Positions 56,068-64,000 of a stretch of DNA of 64,000 nucleotides are shown in pieces; position 1 is the first letter of the stretch, and the number at the start of each line of letters is the position of its first letter. Position numbers and translations under genes: made by a program. The DNA is taken from assembly GCA_053919585.1 (NCBI GenBank), contig CM132828.1, one strand, 5' to 3'. The notes under the pieces were generated by a model that was not told where the DNA came from, did no database searches, and saw only the letters and a program-made list of their open reading frames with translations. The stretch is from Euprymna scolopes (Eukaryota).

Positions 56068-56800
56068 ATGGAAGAGATAAATAGACCAGTGACGAGGATA
56101 CGACCCCACAACCCCTGTGTATGGTAAAAAATCTTTCAGCGAAATGGAAGCTGTTTAAATTAAGATGGAATAAATATGCTATCATCCCGTATCTAGCGAG
56201 ACAACCCGTACCATACCAAATGGTGGTGTTGCTGCATACACTTGGAGACGAAGCGTTAAAAGTATGTTATGGGTTTCAATTTCTGACTCCGGAAGAAGAG
56301 AGAACACCCAATGAAATTCTCCAAGCGTTCGATAAGTATGCCATTGGAGAAATTAATGAGACATACGAACGATATATCTTCGACACATGAAAGCAGGCAA
56401 AAGGTGAAACAGTGGAAGCATTTATCACGGCACTCCGTACGTTGATAAAGACATGCTATTTCTGTGAGAATTGCGTCTCTTCCATACTACGAGACCAGAT
56501 AATCCTTGGAGTACACAACCCCCACACCCAAGCGGAACTGCTTAAAATGAGATAGTTGGGCTTATAGAGATGCAAAGACATATGCAAACTATCGGAAAAT
56601 GCAACGCTACAGTCTAGAATTCTAGTAGTAGACTTGAAACCTAAGGGAAGGCCAACAACCACAGAAAGTAACAGAGGGTGTAGGGCGTGTGCATTGCGAC
56701 ATGAACCCGGAAAAGTTTTGTCCAGCATTTGGGAAGATGTGTTTCAAATGCAATGGAAAGCACCGCTTTGAAAAAAGATGCAAATCAAGGAAAAAGAATA
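56068..56800 (+). pseudogene. gag: Mag-type gag
   Basis: NLSAKWKLFKLRW, LLHTLGDEALKV, INETYERYIF, GETVEAFITALRTLIKTC, LRDQIILGV, and a degenerate double zinc knuckle (CPAFGKMCFKCNGKHRFEKRC). Confidence 0.88.
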
Positions 56801-56869
56801 TTCGGTTTGTTGGAAAACAAGATGATAGCGATAGCAGTAGTGATGGTTCAGACTATGAACACGTGGACA

Positions 56870-59800
56870 GTGTGTTTTTTTCTGATAGATAGTGGAGCCT
56901 CAGTGAACATCTTGAACGAGAAACGTGGCGGGAAAAACGCTTGAGTAGTCTAATAAGACCCTTGTCATGTGGAACTGGTCACAAATGAAACTGTTAGGAG
57001 AACGTCGGATAAAAATGATAAACCCAAAAACCGGACTCAAGTATGCAGTGAAGTTTGTCATTGTAAAGGAAGACTTCCATCCACTACTGAGAGTGAATGC
57101 CATCCAGCAAATGGCACTCATTAGTGTGAACAATGACAAATTTAAGAGGGTTGCAAACATATCTCAAAAAGACAGCAGCCAGCACCCGCAGAGCATCATA
57201 TCCGAATTTCAGGTTGTATTCCAGGATGAATTGAGTACGTTACCTGGAGGTGAATTCCAACGTAACACCACATGTTGCAGCGGCTCGAAAAATACCAGTG
57301 TCTATCAAGGCAAAAGTGAAAGCAGAATTAGAAAGACTGGTAAAAAAGAAGGTAATTGAACCAGTGAACGAGCCAACACCATAGGTAAGTGCCTTATCAC
57401 TGGTAATAAAATATGGAAAGTTACGGATATGTATTGACCCCAGACTATTAAATAAGGCTCTTAAACGGGAGCATTTTCAGTTACGAGTACTGTACGATCT
57501 CCTTCCATAACTTGCTAATAGCAAAGTTTTCTCAACTCATGATCTTAGGGAGGATTTTGGCACATGAAGTTAGATGAAGCCAGCAGTCGCTTGACCACTT
57601 TTGCCACTCCATATGGTCGCCTTCGATGGAAGGTTTTACTATTTGGAATTGCTCCAGCCCCGGAAATATTTCAAAGAGAACTATATAATAATGTGGCCGA
57701 TTTGAAAGGAATCATCAACAAAGCAGACGATCTTCTGGTGGTTGGGATTGGTAAAATGATGGAAGAAGCAACAGAGGACCATGATAGAAAACTCAGAAGG
57801 CTATTGCAAAGATGTGATCGTTAGATGCGATTGAATGCTGAGAAAATGAATTTACGGTAAACATCTGTACCATTCCTGGGTCACAGGATAATCAGTGAGG
57901 ATTTACTTCCAGATCCTGAGAAAATAAAAGCCATAAAAGATATGCCGCAGCCAACAGACATTAAGGGAGTGCAACGATTGGGAGGATTTGTGAATTATTT
58001 GGCAAAGTTTCTGCCCCACATCTCTGACGTGATGGCTCCAATTCGCAACTTAACAAAGGCGGATGTGCCATGGACGTGGTCTCAGATCCATGAAGAAGCT
58101 TTTGAGAAAATCAAAAAGTTGGTGAGTGAAACACCAGTATTGAGATACTATGACCCCAACAAACCATTGGTCGTTCAGTGTGATGCAAGTGAGAAAGGAA
58201 TGGGGGCTGCATTGCTACAAGAAGGTCAACCCTTAGCATATATTAGCCGAGCACTTACAGACATGGAAACCCGATATGCACAGATTGAGAAAGAACTATT
58301 GGCAGTGGTTTATGCCTGTGAACGGTTTCACCAATACACATTTGGTCAACAGGTTACAGTACTGACTGATCATAAACCATTAGAAGCAATAATGAAAAAG
58401 GAACTGGGGAAATGTCCAAAGCGACTGCAAAATATGTTAATGCGATTGCAAGTTTACAATGTGATTGTTTTATACCATCCTGGTAAGAAGATGTTCCTAG
58501 CAGACATATCAAGGGCATACATTCATGGAGTGAGCAATGAATGTATCGAGGATAATGATGATGATGATGTTCAGGAAACAGAATATATTCTAGTGACAGA
58601 GGGAAGGTTGCTCGAATTGCGCTCAGGCACAAAAGAAGACAGATGTATGCAGATGTTACAGCAAGTAATTGTGGAAGGATGGCCAGAAGACAAAGTACAT
58701 CTTGACCCAGAGGTGAAACTATATTTCAGCATGCGGAATGAAATGACGGTATAAGATGGATTAATATTCAGAGGAAACCGAGCAATAGTACCAACAACAC
58801 AGCGGGCAGTGTTAAAAGAAAAATTGCATTCCACACACCTAGGGGTCGAAGGATGCTGCAGAAGAGCAAGAGAATGCTTGTACTGGCCAAATATGAATAG
58901 TGGCATCAGAGACTTTGTCTCAAAATGCCCAACCGGCTGGAAATATGAGGTAGCCAATCCTGCAGAGTCTTTAATGGTTCATGAAATTCCGGAGAGACCC
59001 TGGGCAAAAGTAGGAGTAGATCACTTTAGCTGCACCATTGATTATATGAGTAATTTCTGGGAAATTGACCATCTCCCGACTACACAAACTAGAACGGTGA
59101 TCACTAAGCTTAAGCACCATTTTGCACGACATGGGATACCAGATCAGGTGGTCACTGATAATGGATCACGATTTAGTAGTCAAGAATTCTCCACCTTTGC
59201 AAGAAAGTGGTGTTTTGCACATTCACCTGTCAGTCCTTACAATAGCAAGGCAAATGGAAAAGTACAATCTGCTGTAAATATGGCAAAGAACCTTTTCCGG
59301 GAATCAATGGAAGATAAGGATGATCCATACCTAGCGATGCTGGAGCACAGGAATACGCCAGCCAAGGGTCACTTATCACCGGCACAGAAGCTAATGTCAA
59401 GAAGAACAAAGACACTTCTTCCAACTGAAGAGGACCTACTCAGACCAGAACTACACAAAAATCTAAGCAAAACAGTTAAGTGGGACAGCAGAAAGCAAAA
59501 GCATTTTTTTCAACCGGAAAGTAAAACCACTTCAGCCAGTGTAACATGGAGATGTGGTACGTAATAAATCAGACATAAAAGGTCAGCGAGAGTGGACGAA
59601 GGCAGTTATGTGGCAGAGACTGGATGAGAGGTCATACCATGTCAAAGTTGATGGGGAGTTGCTCCGACGTAATAGGGTGGATTTTCAAAAAACAGCAGAA
59701 GCACTCCCATCACCATCATTGATCCCTCAGTCATACCAAAAGCCAAGCGAGGAGGCACCAATAACTGAACCACCAAGTAAAGAAGGGGTTTGTAATTCGC

Positions 59801-59945
59801 AAACACCTCGGCTTGAAAGTAATAGAAGAGAAGGAATGAGGCCGGCGACACCATCCGAGCAAACCAAAATACTGAAGGAATGAAGATGACACGTTCAGGG
59901 AGACTAGTAAGGAATCCGGCTAGATTCAAAGACTATACGAACTAA
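56870..59945 (+). pseudogene. pol: pol: protease, reverse transcriptase, RNase H, integrase (fragmented)
   Basis: FLIDSGASVNIL (DSG 56888-56896); LRICIDPR, TTFATPYGR, FGIAPAPEIFQR, KADDLLV; QCDASEKGMGAALLQ, YAQIEKELLA, TDHKPL; HSTHLG..YWPNM, VTDNGSRF; C-terminal TRSGRLVRNPARFKDY ending at 59945. Confidence 0.95.
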
Positions 59946-60118
59946 TTGAGTCCAAGTGAAAAGGGCAGAGTAATCCAAGTTAGGCCGGAGGGTAGTCAGC
60001 CCAGTGAAGGCCTAGGTCACAAGGACAAAGCAATGTGTTTTTTTTGTTTTGTGTTTGTTTGTATTTTAGTTATTTTGTGTTTTTGTTAGTGGATCTCTTA
60101 TTCTTTGTTGTTGTTCTT

Positions 60119-60131
60119 AAAAAGGGGAAGA
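60119..60131 (+). other. polypurine tract
   Basis: aaaaaggggaaga immediately before TGTTGCATG. Confidence 0.85.
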
Positions 60132-60277
60132 TGTTGCATGAGGAACTAATCTCAGGTTACACCGGTAGAGTAACGCCCCTTAGCGGTGACAGACTTGTAT
60201 TGTAGATAACGGCGCGAGAAATAAATTAAATGGCAGTAAACCAAGTGTAAAAGTTGTGTTGTTTTCATTAATCCACA
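60132..60277 (+). repeat. 3' LTR of the Mag-like element
   Basis: Starts TGTTG right after the PPT and contains AATAAA near 60220. End tentatively placed at ...ATCCACA; no TSD confirmed. Confidence 0.65.
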
Positions 60278-61915
60278 TGAAAAGAGAATGAAACAAATAC
60301 CTATTTGCTTTTTTATATATAAAAAAAAAACATTGTAGATGTTAACAATAAAAATTTTGGTGGTAATGCACTTGTTTTTTTTTTTAATTCAATTGTAATG
60401 TTAAAGTACAGAATAAGTACAAAACACCTTCCACTCCCTGTGCTAAGAATGGCTTTTAAAATAATAACGTTAATATTTCAGCACGGATCAATAAGTGCCT
60501 GCATGAGTACCTTATTTTTAATAATGAGCAATTTTTTTTTTAATTACGGATGTGTTGATTGATTGTACTGGCATTTGCGGAGGGGGGGGGGGCTAAATTA
60601 ATTTTTTTTGCACAAACAAGGTGTTTTTTTTTTAATCAATATTTAAAGATTTTACTTCATTAATTATCTCTGAAATAGTCCACAAAAACTAATATTAATC
60701 TTTCAAGTTAAGTTTAAGTTTCTAACGATGCCGTAAAAACATTTCACGTGTATTTTTCCCCCGTATAGAACTATGGCTCTTTTTCAATATCTTCGTTTTC
60801 AATGTGTTTAGTAAACTGCACAAGCACCAGATTTACTCTAGGCTTAAATGTTTCGAACACAATACAAAAAAGAAGAGTCTAAAAAAATAAAAAATAATAA
60901 GTAAATAAAAATACGAAAAGGCGGATTTAAAAACTATCAGTTTCCGCCATTAAATTCCACGTGCAACGAATTAGAGAATTAATAAAGATGAAACTTGTAA
61001 TCTGTTCTCTCTCGTGTAAATATTAAAATGTTAAATAAAGTAATATTAATTTTATCCGCGATATTCACCAAATAGATCGGCTCTATTTCGAAATAGTTTC
61101 CTTTTCTTTTTCTCTATCTTCAATTTTGTTTTCTGCGAACTTGCTCTTCCGTTCGTCATTTTGAATGTAAAGTTGAGGTGGTAAAGTCAATCACATTTGA
61201 AAAATCGTTTCCTTTATAAAAGCAGATAAAGTTAATCGAAAGCAGATTATAAAACAAAAACGTAAGTATTACCACATGAATTTAGTATCAATTTTTGCGC
61301 ATTTGTAGAATACGTTAAAAATGTAAGGGAGATAACTACATTTACTAAACGAATAATCCTAATGAACATTAGGGTAGGTCGATTTTGGAATTGTAATAGG
61401 CCGTGGGTTGGGAAAGATGCAATTTACCAGAAAAACATGATATCTTTTCCCCTTAATTTGTGTTTATATTTGAGGAAATGACTTTAAATGAGGAAATAAT
61501 TAACGATTCTACTACGATAACGGTGTTATCAAACGATGTCAGTCAGTCGGTAAAATTTAGACTAGGCATTAAAACAAATGCAATATTTAGATGTAAAACT
61601 ATATTTTTATAAGAAATATTCATGCTCGTCTTCTAAAAATAGAATAATAGTTAATAAAAAAAAATACTATAAAATATATATTTTAAAATACAAATTCCAA
61701 TTTAAAAAAACGGTGAAATTCTCGCGATACGGAATTATCTCCCTTTGATATTGTTTATATTACGTCTAAATATTGCCGTTCGAACACGTGTAAAACCTTT
61801 CAATACATTTCATTTTTAAATTAATATTTTTATATGCATATTTAATAAAAAACTTGTAAGTTGTTTTCAAGTAAAAATAGCGGAGAGTTTTCGTTTGGTT
61901 TTCAAGCAATTTAAC

Positions 61916-63802
61916 TAGGCACCGCCAAAACTGGGGGGGGGGGGCAGGTAAGTACTTTTTGACGGACCGTCTTTTTAAAAATCTACCAAAAATCAGGTAA
62001 TTATCCAATCAATACGAAATTTTCAGCGATTATTAAGAGAAGAATGAACTTTATAACAGTCTACTTATTTTTCATAAACGATATTTATATATATTTATTT
62101 TGCTTACAACCCCCCCTTGTTTTGAAGTGGGAACAAATATGCTTTAAATAATCATCTGAAACTAAACAAAACATATTCCGTTGTTGTAAGGGACAGGATT
62201 ATAGATAAAAAAGCAACAAAAAAAACACTTGTTTACATACCTTATTTTGACGTCTGAATATCAGAACTTTGATTGTGTTTAATTATTCCGCTTTTGACTT
62301 TTGGAGTGTGAAATTCGGTGATTATGTTAAGTAAAATAATTAATTTAAGCTAAGCAAAAAAAAAAAAAAATTTTTAAATATTTATACGAGAAAAGCCATT
62401 TTAAAATCTTTGATAAATAAATTAATAATGTTTTTTTAGCGAGCCGAATAATGCATGACCATTATTAAACAGGGAATTCTTTGAAGAATCGATACAAAAA
62501 AAATCGATAAATATTGTGCCCTTTGTTAAAAAATATCATCAGTTTTTCGATCCCATTTGATAACGTTTGCCGCCTTTCGACTACGGTGGACCATACGCGC
62601 TGAAATAATTTTGTTGGATCTTCATGACTGCCAAAACCGGTGCAAGCGTGAATCAGTACAATTTATGTTGGTCAACACTCACATAGAAACGAGACGTTTC
62701 TCTTTTCATTGCATTTCATTTCAATTTTAATTTTTATTCTGCTTTACCCCCCCCCCCCATTTTTGGGAGCCTAACCCCCACACATACACATTAAAAACCA
62801 AACTCATCAAAATGGTCACCCATCTGGTACTGGCCAGCCTCAGGGTTGCTTATGTAGTTTAGTTTTTATTCTGTTTTAAATTCCCTCCTCCATCTTGGGG
62901 AGCCTGAGCCCCCCCCCCCCACACGCATACACATTAAAAAGCAAACTCATCAAAATGGTCACCCATCTGGTACTGGCTAGCATCAGGGTTGCTTATGTAG
63001 TTTAGTTTAATTTTTATTCTGCTTTGAATTCCACTCCCCCATTTGGGGGAGCCTTACCAGCCCCCTCCCCCCCCACACACACACCTCGGGGTTGCTTATG
63101 TAGTAAAAAAAAACCTACAGTTCTTCCTCGTTCAATGACGGAGAAATCTTTCTAGACTGGGTCAATTTTAATTTATATTCTGCTTTCCCCCCCCCATCTT
63201 TGGGAGCCTAACCCCCACACATACACATTAAAAACCAAACTCATACAAATGGTCACCCATCTGGTACTGGCCAGCCTCAGCGTTAATAATACATTGAAAT
63301 TTTCGTCACTGAAAAATAAGTTTTTTTTGGCCTGTTTGGTCTTCCATAGTTTGCTTTTTATTAAACACAAACGTAAATATTCTCGATCTGGACTCTATAT
63401 GGACGCGAAGTAACTGGTTGCCTATATGAATAAGTGGAATTATTTGAAATCCAGGTACTTATATTATAATATTTTTGCATATATTCATAGAAAATCACCC
63501 TAAATCTTAGTTAGACTAAAAATAAACAACGTAGTTCTTTCAAAAACCTTTTTTTAAAAATATTTATACATGCTTTTTGTGCAAGACAAAAAATGTCAAT
63601 TGTTAACTTTTGGTGAAATTTTAACATTTAAAATTTAATTAAAAATAGTAGAAAAAGTTTTACATTATTCAGCTTTCTATATGATAAAATTCAGAATTTT
63701 ATCTTTCTGGAAAAAAAAGTTACTCAGAAATCATGGTTTTTAATAAATGTAATTCCGTTTTAAAAAACAACTTCATTTTTCGGCCATTTTTGGCGGTGCC
63801 TA
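61916..63802. mobile_element. putative non-autonomous DNA transposon bounded by inverted repeats
   Basis: TAGGCACCGCCAAAA (61916-61930) and its exact reverse complement TTTTGGCGGTGCCTA (63788-63802), extending to 18/19 nt inward. The outer TA could be a target-site duplication. No coding capacity seen. Confidence 0.45.
62721..63284 (-). repeat. ~120-143 bp minisatellite (4 copies, two partial) containing a 5S rRNA internal-control-region-like segment
   Basis: Units at about 62721, 62863, 63006 and 63162. Minus strand TAAGCAACCCTGAGGCTGGCCAGTACCAGATGGGTGACC (62814-62852; near-identical at 62957-62995) resembles 5S TAAGCA...GGGCCTGGTTAGTACTTGGATGGG(A/T)GACC. Confidence 0.8.
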
Positions 63803-64000
63803 CATTTAACTGAAAACTTAAGTAAATAAAGACACTTTTTTCATTAATAATTGTTGTTTACATTCACAGTGATTTCCACGTGGATTCATTCAGTTTTCTG
63901 TTTATATATAAGTTGCACAACATTCTAATTACATGTATTTTTAAAAATTTTAAATAGACTTAATTATTTTAAAGAAAATTTTTAAATATTTCTGTTTTAA

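Larger units (their letters stand above)
56035..60277 (+). mobile_element. decayed Ty3/gypsy LTR retrotransposon, Mag-like
   Basis: Domain order gag-PR-RT-RH-IN, then polypurine tract and TG-starting LTR. Many stops and frameshifts. The right end of the LTR is approximate. Confidence 0.93.

Noticed and set aside
56456-59929. Minus-strand ORFs overlapping the Mag element
   Set aside because: Antisense to clear gag/pol motifs, with no independent signal.
62814-62995. Functional 5S rRNA genes
   Set aside because: Only about 39 of about 120 nt resemble 5S; the 5' and 3' portions are absent.

Overview
AT-rich, gene-free eukaryotic DNA, probably from an aquatic invertebrate (inferred from the transposon families only). 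About 49 kb (4345-53253) is one head-to-tail satellite array. Its monomer is 114 bp (variants of 111, 116, 110 and 106 bp), roughly 430 copies, with degenerate edges and several nested higher-order repeats (3-, 4-, 8/9-, 10-mer and ~13-mer blocks). A single mid-array monomer carries the hairpin-forming variant otherwise seen only at the right terminus. Left flank: the 5' end of a GalEa-like Ty1/copia element on the minus strand (LTR, tRNA-iMet PBS, frameshifted gag) and two AT-rich foldbacks. Right flank: a decayed CsRn1-like Ty3/gypsy 5' half on the minus strand with a duplicated LTR/PBS junction (not captured by the ORF track), a decayed Mag-like Ty3/gypsy element on the plus strand whose 5' LTR is reduced to 11 bp, and a ~1.9 kb TA-flanked inverted-repeat element containing a minisatellite built around a 5S rRNA internal-promoter-like fragment. 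No intact host gene, tRNA, rRNA or CRISPR array is supported. I cannot demonstrate a new biological system; the best leads are the array architecture and the 5S-derived repeat.
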